A stretch of DNA of 64,000 nucleotides from Hydrolagus affinis. Taxonomy: Eukaryota. The translations under genes and the position numbers were made by a program. The first letter of the stretch is position 1; every line of letters starts with the position of its first letter. Below, piece after piece: positions 38,571 through 51,113 of the stretch. The notes beneath the pieces were generated by a model. That model was not told where the DNA came from, searched no databases, and saw only the letters and a program-made list of their open reading frames with translations. The DNA lies in the NCBI GenBank assembly GCA_012026655.1, contig JAAILG010000198.1, positions 62,001-126,000 on the forward strand. The letters run 5' to 3'.

Positions 38571-41500
38571 TTTGTCAACATTTTCCTTTTGACGCAAGGA
38601 TCTGGCTAGAATCTGTGAATGGGTTTTGTAGTTTGGATAACTTTCCGAATTTGGATTGCTATTGGCAGTGTTCTTAATGAACGGAAGAAGCAAGAGTCTT
38701 GGCACAATAGTGCTGTTCCTCCCCCATCCTCACACTGAATGCGATACTTTCACACTCTAATTTCCATCACTGTTAATTGTCATCTAAACAATCAGTCCAT
38801 GCTGTTTCCTACATTCACACTGGCATAATTTAAACTCTAACATTGATGTTAGGCAAATATAAAACAATTAGGGACAGATTATATGATGGTGTCTGTGGCA
38901 TATGTTAACTTAAGTCCTTTGTCCCAATTAGCAGATTGTAAATGGCATCTTTAACACCCTGTCTTACAGCAAAGCAGCCCACACAATGCAAATGGAAAGA
39001 CTCTGGCAATTGTCCAAGACTGCCACAGGCATCATCAACAACAAATTATGAGTCCAAAAAGCTCTGTTATGTGATAAGTGTGAGAGTGCAATGCAAACAC
39101 AGCTGCACAATGTGCAACAGGCACACACCAAGATAGTCAGTACTATGTAGATTAATCAAAATTTAATTTAACAGGATAAAAAGAAATATTTTTTGATCTA
39201 TCACTTGCATTACCATTCGCAGGCAATGAAGGTTTTAATGTTACAACACATAGTAGGCTGGTGTTGGTCATTTCTGCTTTAACACCTTTCTCATCTCTTT
39301 TGAACATTAACAAGCCGAGTGCACAAGTGACGTTGCGTGTCTCACTGCTGAAGCAAAGGGAATGATTTGGAATACAACTATGACATGACCACAACTATGC
39401 TAGACTATTTAGTGATGTCCATCTGTCAAATCAATCAGTATTGTATGAACCTATGGCTTCGGAATTGGTTATAAATGGTAAGTAAAGTGGTTTGATGTGA
39501 TCTGCAAATGAGTAACAGTCTGGTCTACTGGAGCCATATTTCTGCTGGAAAAATTCTAGTCTGGAAAACATTAATTGAAAGGGGATGAGGTGGGGGGTGG
39601 GGGGGGGAGGGGAATGATAGGAAAGTGGGGGTGTGTGAAGGGGGGAATAGAATGGAGTGGGGGGTGGTTAAGGAGAAAAAAAAATCTACAGTCATACAAT
39701 GACAGGGCCTCATAAACATGGCTATGATCACACGGCTAGTTCCTGAATAATTGTTGAGGGTATAATGAGCATCGAGGCAGTGGAAGGAAAATGTAAGACA
39801 AAGACACAATGGTTAATTTGCCAGTGGGAACACAGAAGGCAAAAATTTTAAAATTACTTAATGCCTGAATTGCTGGCAGGAAAACTGCAGTACGCAAAGA
39901 TGGACTGGTCAAGAGAAGGCAATTTTTTATTTCCGTTTGTCACATTTGCCGTGCCTCTCAGCTTTTAATAATTAATTGGCTGGGTTTCTGCAAGCTCGGA
40001 AAATAGAGAAACCCATCAGAGGTGATTAGGAGGTATTACTGAACTTCTTCGACATGGAAACTGGAGAGCTAAGGAAAGCATTGTTACCCTTGCAACCCCC
40101 TCTCCCCCCCACCCAACGATACTCAAGAGTTTCTGAAAATATATGAAGGTTTAGTTAGACACATTCAGGCTTTTAGACCTTTTTATTGTGCTCGTGGCGT
40201 GTGGCAGAGAGTGACAAATAAAATAGTTTGAGAAAGAACAAAGCAGTTTAGAAAAAATGTCAATCGGCTTGCAGAGATAAAGTGCTTGAGCATCTTGTGC
40301 TTGGGATGCAAGGCTCCAGACTGACGTGGAGGGGTTCATTTGACAGAGGAATGGAAGGTCTGGAGGGCAAAGAATAACTTAGCAAAGCATTGTACAGAAG
40401 TACTATCTTGCGCTTAAATCATTTGGGAAGAGGGGTAACAGCAGTGAGCCAAAGAGGGAGTGGCAGAAAGACAATTTCTGGTCCAACTGTGCCTCAGGCA
40501 CTAACAGACAGAAGCACCATATAGCGATCTATTTTTCCATCGCCAGCCAGATAGAGACATAGATATTTCTTGTACATATCACAAAGTTAAAATAATTCGC
40601 TTTTAAACCTCTAAACCCGTGCATTTATGTGAAAATCAATTATGGAAACAGCGGTAAAAGATGGATTAAGCAATAGCCTTCGGGCCAGAATTATGAGTGG
40701 TTGCTTAAGACTGGTCCCTGGTAAATCCAGGTGACACTCACTAAAATATGTATCCCTAAGCCCAATTATAATGACATTTAGGGTTAGCAGCACCTAAGCT
40801 GATGGCTGGGGTTTGTAAGCACAAGCTCCATTTAGATTTTTGCTAACCTGCCATTTCGTACCAGCAGGAAGTGACTGATTTCGGACACCTGATCAGCAGT
40901 GAAGAAAGGGAGCACCTCCTTAAAGATGGGGAATCAGAAAGATGCAATATTATTTTGTCCTGAGAAGACTGGGAGGAGCATTCATGCTTGAATTTAATTT
41001 CGGTTTACATTTAAACAAGAAATCAATTGGATTTGGGGGCTTCCGCATGTGTCAGCCAGGACTCTTTCTCTCTCTCATTATTTTGCCCGTCTCCCGCAAC
41101 TCTTTCTGTACCATACTGGTACTTTATTCTTTCTCCCACTGGTAATTGTTACACTGGTTCCAAATAATATATACCAGCAAAGGTTTATTAAATGTCTTCT
41201 TCACAAATTGTTTAGCAAAGCGCAACGTTAATGCACTTTTACTGGAGGATTCTGTCCAAAAATATAATTTATTATGTGTTCAATTGTAAGCTTTTGAATT
41301 TTGCACATCCAAAACACATTACTGAAACCAATAGCAATATACAGCGTCCGTACCACAAGCTGAATTTTTTCTTTCTGTAATGACATAAAAAACCTTTCTG
41401 TTCTACCTTCTGTACAATGTTCAATGTGCTTCTCTTGTCGTTAATGCTTTCAGAGGAGAACAATAGCCCCTTAAACCTTGAAACATTTTAGTCAGTCTGA

Positions 41501-41647
41501 ACTACTTCTCTGAACATCTCTTAAAAACGTTTCTATGCAAAAGCACCCGGCGTACACAGACGCAGCTTAACCCAACTGTCATGTATTTTCAATTCTGTGT
41601 TATTTATCCCTGTTGAATATTCTCAGTTGCCCCTTTCTAGCTCACTG

Positions 41648-41867
41648 CAGTAAAAGCATCTTTATCCGGCACCCGATCAACCATAACTTCCGTATAACCG
41701 GCATCGCATAAAAAGTCCACATTCGATTAACTGGAATTTATTCGGACAAAAATGCATTGATATTTATTTTGGGGCGTTTTCGGCCGAATATCCGGCAGGC
41801 AGGCAGGCAGGCGCTTTAACCAACATTGGCCGGGTCCCGAGGGTGCTGGATAAACGGGCTTTTACTG
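41648..41867. mobile_element. 220-bp non-autonomous DNA transposon (Tc1/mariner-pogo/Tigger-like MITE)
   Basis: 27-bp TIRs CAGTAAAAGCatcTTTATCCgGCACCC / CAGTAAAAGCccgTTTATCCaGCACCC (4 mismatches). Right flank is TA and left flank TG, consistent with a mutated TA target duplication. Confidence 0.8.
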
Positions 41868-41904
41868 TACCAATTTCAGGTGCACCCGGCTTTGCTCCTC
41901 CTAT

Positions 41905-42205
41905 TATAATAATAATCCTTGCATTTGATATAGAACTTTTTATGTCTTCTGGACGCCTCAAAGTGCTTCACACAATATACTGTAAAGTGAATCGACTGTC
42001 TATTTGAGGGCGAAACGCAGCAGCCAATTGCACACAGCAGTGTCACACAGTGTGGAATGAGTGACCAAATTTTTTTTTATATATAGGGATTATTGTTAGG
42101 ATTGTGGAGTAAGGAAACTTGCCCAAGGTTTCACCCTGCCTGGAATCAAACCCAGGTCTCTCACTTGTAAGGTGAGTACTCTAACCGCTGAGCTATAGGA
42201 CTCCA
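41905..42205 (-). mobile_element. Full-length SINE family A
   Basis: Minus-strand head tggagtcctatagctcagcggttagagtactcaccttacaag...gggtttgattcc, with the shared centre and (ATT)n tail. Confidence 0.9.
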
Positions 42206-42402
42206 TGATTTTCCGAAGTAGGTACAAACAGTTGAGCTCAAACTGGTCCATGATAAAACACCGGGAAATTGTTCTCCATTAAATCAAGATGGAAATATAC
42301 CAACAATCACATTTGCCAAATCCTTTTCCAATTAAAAAAATAAGTTTTTAGTACTAAATAAAAGAATATAGTTTAGAAATGTATATAAAATATATTTTTA
42401 AA

Positions 42403-42539
42403 AACCACAAAATACTGCAGATGCTGGATATCTGCAATAAAAACAGAATTTGCTGGGAACACTCAGCAGGTCAGGCAGCATCTATGGAGAAAGGAAAAGC
42501 GAGTCAACGTTTTGGGTCCATGTCCCTTCGTCAGAACTC
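42403..42539 (-). mobile_element. Penelope-like retroelement terminal-repeat fragment carrying a minimal hammerhead ribozyme motif
   Basis: aaatactgcagatgctgg..aataaaaacaga..tgctgg..actcagcaggtcaggcagcatc is a repeat I recognise from shark genomes. It ends in a CTGACGA...AAAC hammerhead-type core on minus. Confidence 0.65.
42501..42539 (-). ncRNA. Minimal type I hammerhead ribozyme motif, probably inactivated (G12A)
   Basis: Minus strand: GAGUU CUGACGA A GGGAC AUG GACCC AAAA CGUU GACUC. Helix I is GAGUU/GACUC and helix II is GGGaC/GaCCC, with the AACGUU palindrome in place of helix III. The conserved GAAA reads AAAA. Confidence 0.55.
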
Positions 42540-43473
42540 AACTAAAATAATAATAAAATAAACAATATAATATACACAGATTCTAAGAGTAAAACAACGA
42601 ACACAATAAAAAACAGAATGTTTTACTGAGAGCTTTGCTAAATGGTATTTTTCTGCAAACTGTTACCAAACATAAACAACAGGTAAGTAGGTCTCCCTCT
42701 CCTTCTCTGTCAATTACCCCATTGTCACATCTGATCTCCTTGCTGGCCTCGTGCCTCAACAGTTAACAACAACAAATTACATTTGTATAGGGCTTTGAGG
42801 TGTGGGCAAACCATTTCAGAGGTCTACCCACACCTCTTAACAAAAGCTCTTCAACTTCAACCATTCATTCAAAATCAGATTGGGGCTTCAAAGGATTTAT
42901 TCAATTCCAGAATGAAAAGAATTTGGTAATTGTTTTTTTGTGGACAACGTCCTTGATTTTCTTAGCTCTGAAACTGTTCAGACCTGAGTATAAATAGTTA
43001 GAAGGCAATGTTAGCAGGCACAGACATAATCCAGCCACTACTGTTGATTGTTCTGACAGCGGGTTGTCTTATATTTATACACATTTATATTGCCTTTTGA
43101 CAGCTTCCGTTTTACAAATTGTCACATCTACCGTAATTCCAATGGCTGCGTTCGCCGAAGATGTCAACTATGTTTGGCTGAAATGCTCACAACCAAACTT
43201 TCTCTCATTTCCCCACCAACCACAAAATCAAGGATAATTCCAGGAGCAGAGTTACAGTCTATTCACAGTCCAGTTGCTATTTAGAGGTGGCTTCCCTGCA
43301 ATGGATGTGTCCCTGGAGGTACGGAAGCGCTCTATCTGAAGTGGTATCAGCGAGGAAAATCTCTTGGTACACACACATATCCTGCAGGACACCAACTATC
43401 AGCTGATCATAGAGTCAATAGCAGATGGAGAAGGAAATGTCACGTCACATTCAGAGTAATAATAAATTAAAAA

Positions 43474-43540
43474 ATAATAATAATAATCCTTGCATTTGAT
43501 ATAGCGCCTTTCATGTCTTCTAGACGTCTCAAAGCACTTA
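43474..43540 (-). mobile_element. SINE family A tail
   Basis: aataataataatccttgcatttgatatagcgcctttcatgtcttctagacgtctcaaagcactt. Confidence 0.8.
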
Positions 43541-43909
43541 AAGGATGAAGTGCGAAGGATAGTACAAATCGGCAAATGGTTCGCAGCTTATCTGTCTGCT
43601 GAAGCATTAAATTCATTAAATATTTGCTTTTGCTCTCCCCCACTCACACCACCCCCCACCACCCCCACCACCAACAAAACACTGCATCTTAATTTTCCAA
43701 AAGAAAATTGTTGCTTTGAGAGGATCCAGGAAAGAACAAAAGGATGAGTCTGGATTTCGGACTCTACGTGATGAGGAAACTCACTGACCAGAACTGGTGC
43801 TAATTATATTGAACAGTGGAGAAAGGGGAAGGGGAGGAGGGAGAAAGACATGATCCAAATGATAAGAGGTGTACGTGAGGCAGATGTAAGAACCTGAAAA
43901 TGACTCCGA

Positions 43910-44250
43910 CAATGATAACAGAACTGGAGGGCATAGGTTTAAAATTAAAACCATTTCAAGTGGAACTAGAAATTAAAAGGTTTTTATTCCCCCCATTAAG
44001 TGGTGGATATGCTTGGAGGGCAAGGTTGCCTGTGGAGGGGAGGGTCAAGGTTGAATGGTGGAGAAGTGCTGAGATACTAATATCCTGGAGTTTTCCTTTG
44101 ATGCTTAGAGAGAAACTGAGTGGAACTTTCCCCCAGTAGCTCGGGTGGATGGGGTGAAGTCAATGACGGAATCGACTGTGACTGGGCTATGGAGGGAGAG
44201 GGCTAATTAATGAGCAAGCGCCCCTCTACTCGTTCCGTGCTTTCTTATGG
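43910..44250 (+). mobile_element. CR1-type LINE 3' end
   Basis: agaactggagggcataggtttaaaatt (TRGH-like), tttttattcc..gtggtgga..tgg, and a terminal cctctactcgttccgtgctttcttatg. Confidence 0.5.
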
Positions 44251-44689
44251 TCTGAATTTTGTTTGGTCAGCCGGGTGTCTGACACATTCATAAACTGTTC
44301 ACCGTGCTTAAGAGCATGCAAACCGAACAGCATTTCATGCATCATGTCTACACTTGGAACTTCCAGAAATATTTATTGGAATGGAATGCGCACTTTCTCT
44401 CTGGAGGGAAGTATTCTGCTTGCCTAATTCCGGAACATAGTAGGAGCAGGTTGGAAAGAGCCAAGGATTAGGGATTCTAGAGTGTGCATTGGGGAACCTG
44501 CTGGAGTCTGACCAGCTAAAACCCCATAGCTTGCCGTTGAGATCACATCTGAATCTGTAGAAGGACGAAGGATTGACACTTGCCAATTTCATCTAAATTA
44601 TGGATTTGTATTGATAAATTTGAACGTTTCCTTGATAAATGCCGCTAACTTTGCATATTTTGAAGAAACAACATGCATTAATAAATCCA

Positions 44690-44790
44690 GTCTATCCATT
44701 TTACAGTATACCCTGTGAAGACTTTGAGATGTCTCGACAATGTGTTGAGGCAGCTAAATCAAATGCAAGGCTTATTATTATTTATTATAA
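44690..44790 (+). mobile_element. SINE family A tail
   Basis: tttacagtata..tgtgaagactttgagatgtctcg..atcaaatgcaaggcttattatt. Confidence 0.72.
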
Positions 44791-47700
44791 TAATGAAATT
44801 AATGGAACTGCAAAGGAATGATGGGGTATGTGCAAATACTGGTATGTGGTATGAGAGAGTACTTCTGTGTCTGTGTGTGAGTGCCCCTGAACATGTGTGT
44901 ATGTGAGTGTAGGGGTAAGAGATAGAAACCCAATGCTATTGTCATGTTAAAATGGGACACTTGGAGCTCATCTTGTAACATACAATAATTGGTGTCCAAA
45001 CTGAACACTTTCACAAGCCCAATTTCAAGAAAATGAAGGCGAACATCATTTATTCCTCACCTCTTCCATACTCGAAAATCCAAATGCTTGCAAATCACAT
45101 GGATTCAAATGTCGAGAGAAGATCTGAATGATCGCAATATATTTACAGTCAACTTGTTCTTGCGGTTTTGCATGAAATCAAGCTAGTTAAGTTCATTTCC
45201 ATCAAACAGAATAATCAAGCGAAGCTGGACTTTTTATACCTCCTGCGATCTCATCTTTCGGAGAAACGGGAGGCGAGAGGGTAGGGAAGAAAATGACGAT
45301 ATACTTCACAGAACTGACATAAAAGAACGAGGAAATCAAAATTATTTATGGCTTCAAAATAGTTTGATGGCGGAATACTCAGAATGCTGAGAATTGAATT
45401 TCAAGGCATCTCAAGACGCGTATTCCTTTGTCAGAGTGCTTCAAACGACTTTCTTTTAAATTCGTCAAATTGTTAAAAGTCACTGAAATTCCAAAGCTCC
45501 AAAAACCGTTGAAAGTCTGTGGGAGAATGCAGCAGGCAGCCACGTCGATTCGAACAGCTTTCCCGAAGCGAACGCTGACCTATAACCTCTTCTGCAACGG
45601 TAACCTGACTACCGTTGACTGCTGAGCTGGAGTACCGCAGCCCCATTGTTCTCCTCAAGCAGGGACAAGTGAAATGGCATTTCTCCCCTCTCGCTTCGGC
45701 TTAATGATCATTATCCATTTTCGCTTGATAAAAGCAATGTGTGACATCTGGATATTTCAAATGATGGATTGGGTCCAGATTAAACATGCATTGCAACATT
45801 CATATACTGGGAGCCTTTGGATCTTATTCTGCCAGGAAAATGAATGTCATTGACCATACATTACTGTATAGACTTGATCTACTTCAGATTTAGAGTAAAA
45901 TCCGTGAACACAAAGCAATCTTTCACTCATATCCTTTCAAATCTCTCCCTTTTTTGGGAGTTTGCTGAGTGATTGTCATTTAAGTGAATAAATAATAAAT
46001 GAGAGCGGAGGCCTGAGTGCCAGATGTGGCTGAAACAGGTCATACAGGACAATGGTTATTGCAGAAATTTAGTGTCAAGGAAACATATGCTGCTGGAATG
46101 TGGCTGTGAGTAAAACTGTCCATCTCTGCTAAACTGCTACAGATTCTTCCAGGTTTGCACTGAAAAGCAGGCTCTTTGGTTCTGGGTTTCAAGCAAAGCC
46201 TACATTATATATCCAAGTGCATTCATGCAGTGTTGCCTGCCTATGATGTTTGCTTCACACCTCTCGTGGCAGCGGGGTTTGGGTTCTGGCTGAGGACGAA
46301 CTTTCCAAAGCCGCCTGCCAAGTGTTACGCATGTGTCTCACTTGTAGTGGGTCCAAGTCACTAAGGCACTCCCATTCAACCCATTGTGCGTCTGCATGTC
46401 CGACCAGCTGAGAGAAGCCTTGGAGGACCCTCCGGTTCTGCTCGGCTGGAATGGGCAAAGCCTTGAAACCAGTCAACCATACCATTATATGTGGCCACCT
46501 AAAACTATGCTTCCTTCCCCGACCCCCACCCTCTCCCCACCCCCTGAAAAAAGTCAAACTAACAGGCCTTTTTTAAAAACCTGTATTTATGAAGTGCTAC
46601 CCTCCCTGTGGAGCTTGGTGATGTCAGCAATTTCTTGTACAGCTTCACATCAGCAGCAGCACAAACAAACAATTTAAAGGTTACCGTTTGGCTTTACCAT
46701 TAACTACTTCTGGTTACCGACACGTGTTAAGTGACCGTGAGCGCCCAGGATTGTGCTGAGGAATTCCCAGTCCTGGTGGACGGGATAATGTCTTGACATT
46801 TTGACATGTGCACGTACACGCAGGTCTGTGGCCAAAATAACCCCCCCCCCCACCCACCCACCCACCCACCACCTCTTACATGGGACAGGGACATTGTGAT
46901 TGAGTTTGTTTAAACATTTTGCATACTTTTGTAATAAACCCCAAGGGGATTAGCAGCTGGTTTGTATTATTAGCTTTTTAACCGAGGCATCCAAGCTTGT
47001 TCAGGTGAGAGATCCAACATTCTTCCCCACCATTCAACAACCATCCCAAGACAAGGCTCGTGTTCCGTGAGCCAGTGGGGCAGCCAACGCTCCAGTGTTT
47101 GTTTGCTTCTCCGTCTTGTTGCACGGGTGGTGAGGGCTGAAGGCAAAACGTAAGGAAGCCAGCTCGCTGCCTGCCAGGGCACAGCGCACCAAGAGTTAAA
47201 TTTAGGCTGATTAAATGACATTGCTTCTGCGAGAAGAGGGAGGGTAGAGAGCCAGGTTAACCACATCTGACCTCTAGCAAGGCTCCAGACATTAAAGTGT
47301 CATTCTCAATCAAAGATCATGCGTCAAAAATGATTACATCGCACGCCCGACATTCTCCACACATACAACAATCTGCTTTAGCACCATACATTACACCAAA
47401 GCCACACAGGAAACCTACCCAACACATTACCCCACAGGAACATGGGGAGGGCCATTTCTCTCTTTCGCATCAACATCAGTCAACTAAAGTATTTTTGACA
47501 GGCACATCAAATAAACTTCCATCTCCCAGTGAAAAAAAAACTAAGAGCCAATTAGGTAATCATTAATTCATGCCATTTTCCGTAAGTCTCGTGTTTTCAG
47601 CATCATGCAGCCATCATATAATACCGTAAACGAATAAACTTTTGCAGCTATAAATTTGCCTGTCGTTCTTTCACATATTAATAATAAAAATTCAACGATG

Positions 47701-47987
47701 TGCAACACTCTTTAACCTTTTAATCACTGGCTTCCAGTATCAATAGGCCAGATGCGTTGCATTTATTTACACAAATGTTACATTTTATTTCAAACAATTC
47801 TTAATGGTGGCTGTTTAAAAAAAAATAGAAAATGTGCCCTATATTTCTCTCTACCCCCAGGATTGCAATAGTGATTATAGACCGTCGACAGTTTCCGATG
47901 AAGCCCCAAAATCAGATGGGTTTAGCCAGTGAACTCTCGCCTCAAATCTCTCTGCGTGGAGCTGAAATGAACAGGAATGGAAAACAA

Positions 47988-48040
47988 ATAATAATAACCC
48001 TTGCATTCGATGTAGCCGCTTTTCACGTCTCAAAGCACTT
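47988..48040 (-). mobile_element. SINE family A tail, short
   Basis: ataataataacccttgcattcgatgtagccgcttttcacgtctcaaagcactt. Confidence 0.65.
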
Positions 48041-48639
48041 AAATGTAAAGGTGATGTGATCTTTTTGCCAACGCTCAGATCAGTGAATCAATGCTGTTTG
48101 AGAATTGAGTGTTAGGTAAGGGAGAAACCAGAGAAAGAGAATGTCTCGCTCTCATAATCCAGCCAGGCTTGGAAAGTTTATTCTCCTTCTCCCACCTCCC
48201 ATCCACCAATACAATTCTTTGGCGTTATATCATGCACCTGTCTATACCACTTAAATCCACTGTTTACCCGGTTCTTCGTGCGGATCAAGTGACCTTAGAG
48301 ACTATTAAACAAAATTGAGTATTATTTTACGCAGTTGAGAGGCGAATGCAGCCCTGCGGATAACATCATTGCTGGTATTCGTTCCAAGGTAAGGATAAAT
48401 TCACAGGTGGGATGGAAATGTGATGAGCAGATAATATTAAATAAAGATTGCTGCACTGCCACCTGACTGCCTCAGCTCACGTGGACCTGGAAAACCCTGG
48501 CACTGGTAGCATTGGTCAACAATACAACATTTACATTTGTACGGCTCCTTGCACATCCCAAGGCACTGCTACAAGAGGCCTACAAAACGATGTGCCTTTC
48601 TTGACGGGGTCAAGAGAGAGAAGCAATTTCAACTGGTAG

Positions 48640-49222
48640 AGGAGTCAATAACTAGGGGACAACGATATAAAATATAAAATAACTACAAGAAGAGTGAAAG
48701 CAGAGCTTAGGTGAATTTTTTTTTAACAACAGCATGTTGTTGCGGTGTGGAACGCCCTACCAAGAAAAGTAGGTGATGGAGGCAGAGTCAGTAATAATAA
48801 TCCTTGCATTTGATATAGCGCTTTTCACATCTTCCAGACGCCTGAAAGCGCTTCTCAGAATATACCGTAAAGTGAATTGACAGAATATATGTGGGCGAAA
48901 CGTGGCAGCCAATTGCGCACAGCAGTGTCCTACAAATAGTCCTAGATTGAAATGCCAATTTTTTTTTTGAGGGATTATTATTATTTTTATTATTATTAGA
49001 CATGTGGCCCATGGTTTTGTCCTGCCTGGAATTGAACCCTGGTCTCTTGCTTGTTAGGCGAATGGTCTACCACTGAGCTACTGGACTACAATCATGGGTT
49101 TCATAGGGGAAGTAGACAGGAATATGAAAGTTAGAAGCTTGAAGGGTTATGGGCAGTGGTGAGATTGAAAGTCCAGCTTGCATTGAGAGCCGTTGCAGAT
49201 TTGATAGGCTGAAAGGCCTCTT
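48640..49222 (+). mobile_element. CR1-type LINE 3' end split by a SINE insertion at 48791-49090
   Basis: Left part actaggggacaacgatataaaat..gtgtggaacgccctacca..gatggaggcagagtca. It resumes after the SINE as atcatgggtttc..gaagggttatggg..gataggctgaaaggcctc. Confidence 0.65.
48791..49090 (-). mobile_element. Full-length SINE family A
   Basis: Minus-strand head tagctcagtggtagaccattcgcc..gggttcaattcc, with the shared centre and tail. Confidence 0.9.
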
Positions 49223-51082
49223 ATGCACTGCAAATTTCTAAAAAGATTGATCTTTCTCAAAGCAGTGAAAATAAGGAAGAAAAGAATCCCCACAAAATGT
49301 TCTTCAAAGCACCACGACAACAGCTAGAAGATGCGCGGGGAAGCGAAAGGGTTAATAATTCTTCTTAATGAAGTGGAACATTGAAACCTGGTAGTATTTT
49401 GAGATGTGCTTCACAGTCCTCTTAAGCTTAATGTAAGAATAAAAATAGACATATGCTTTTAAGCGCACTTTTACATAGTATAGACCATCTCTGGTGTATT
49501 TATCTGAGCTCCATTTAAATACAACTAAGATGAATCTCAAGAGCTTCAACAAAGTCTATATTAAGCTGGCACATCGATGCATACAGTAACTGATGACAAG
49601 CACACGAATGTAAGGGAACTTCTGACAGTACATCTAGACAAAAAAACACTTGCTGACAAGGTAAATCACAGCTCCAGTAATATTAGGCCTCTCCTGTGGT
49701 TCATCATTGACCCCACTTTCTGCTTATCCCTGTTCTGGTAAATCGTTTGTAGATAAAGGCTTTGTGTCTCCCCTTCACTTAGAGCAAAATCATTTGTAAG
49801 GCTTCCCTCTGACTGGCAACATCTCTCACCAATAGGAGGGGAATGTATGGAAGGATCGGATGGAGGTGGGAGGGGAAAGGCCAGAATTCTCAGTTGAATA
49901 ATCTATGTCTGTAAACAGTCACATCCTCTGTTCCCTCTTGAGAACTGATAAAGAACCATATTGGTTGCTTTAAATGTCTGACAATCTGAAGCCAGGGTTT
50001 TGATGGACGTGGGGATTCTGTACACACAGTACAGATAGCTTTTGCTATCAGTATTGTGCATCCCCCACCCACCCATCCCACACACACACCTGTCCCTCAC
50101 CAGTTGATATGTTTTTTCCTTGCGTAAAGTTGTGATTTTCAAGAAAATGCATAAATCAAGAGCTGGTTTCAGAACATTTTCGGGCAGAATCTCATCAATA
50201 ATTTTTGGTCAAACAAACTAGACCTCTCGTGTTGTGTGCAGTTGGTTTCCAAGGCATTGCCTGCTGATTGAATAAAATTAAGAGAGAAGTAGCGTACGTG
50301 GATCTCAGCAATGCACTAGGTAATCAGTGTTCACTGCCAACCCCTGACAAAAAAAATGTCAATCAGGTATCGTCTTATTGAGAGATAATGCATTCCTGAC
50401 TTAAATTGGGTGAAGTGGTTAAAATTTAGTTTTTTTTACCCAGAATACATATATTGTTACTCATTATTCTACTCAACATCGCTCCAGGCACTCAGCATCA
50501 CTTAAAAAGACAGCAGCCTTTTGTTCATCTGTAGCACTGATGTTAAAAACTCAAATAATCCAACCTTTATGACATTTTCCCTCTACTATTCCAAGCCGTC
50601 TCAAAAAGATTCTAGGTATCGTCATCAATTAGGCTAATGATATTTTTTCCTGCAGAAATCAGCTCTATCTTTATGGCTCCGTGTAAAAAAAATACCTTTG
50701 AGTTGATCTAATTGAATGTGAAGGCTACAGTATATTAGACAGCTTTAATACTCATTAGTTCTGATTTTGCAACCTAGGTAGGTCATCAAATAGGCACCAA
50801 TGAATAAGATTCAAAAACTCGTACCTACATTGTATCCCCTTGCATATGCCCCAGTCTTATTACTAAGCTCTTGTCAATTTCTATTCTTTTTCAAAGAGCA
50901 ATGCAGGGATGTTTGCAAGATGCAGAGGTGGCACAGTGTTTTGGGAGCTCCAACATGGGGGCGATTTAGCTCTCAACGATTCCGATTTTTGCGGACATTC
51001 CCATTAAAAGCATTCCCCCAGGGACGCGCTTGCCAGTCTCGGCCAGGTCACTGTGGAGAAAGGAAAACAGCCCAGAGAAAGG

Positions 51083-51085
<3 letters not shown>

Positions 51086-51112
<27 letters not shown>
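51086..51112. repeat. (TG)n(CG)n alternating purine-pyrimidine microsatellite
   Basis: gtgtgtgtgtgtgtgtgtgtgcgcgcgc. Confidence 0.85.
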
Positions 51113-51113
<1 letters not shown>

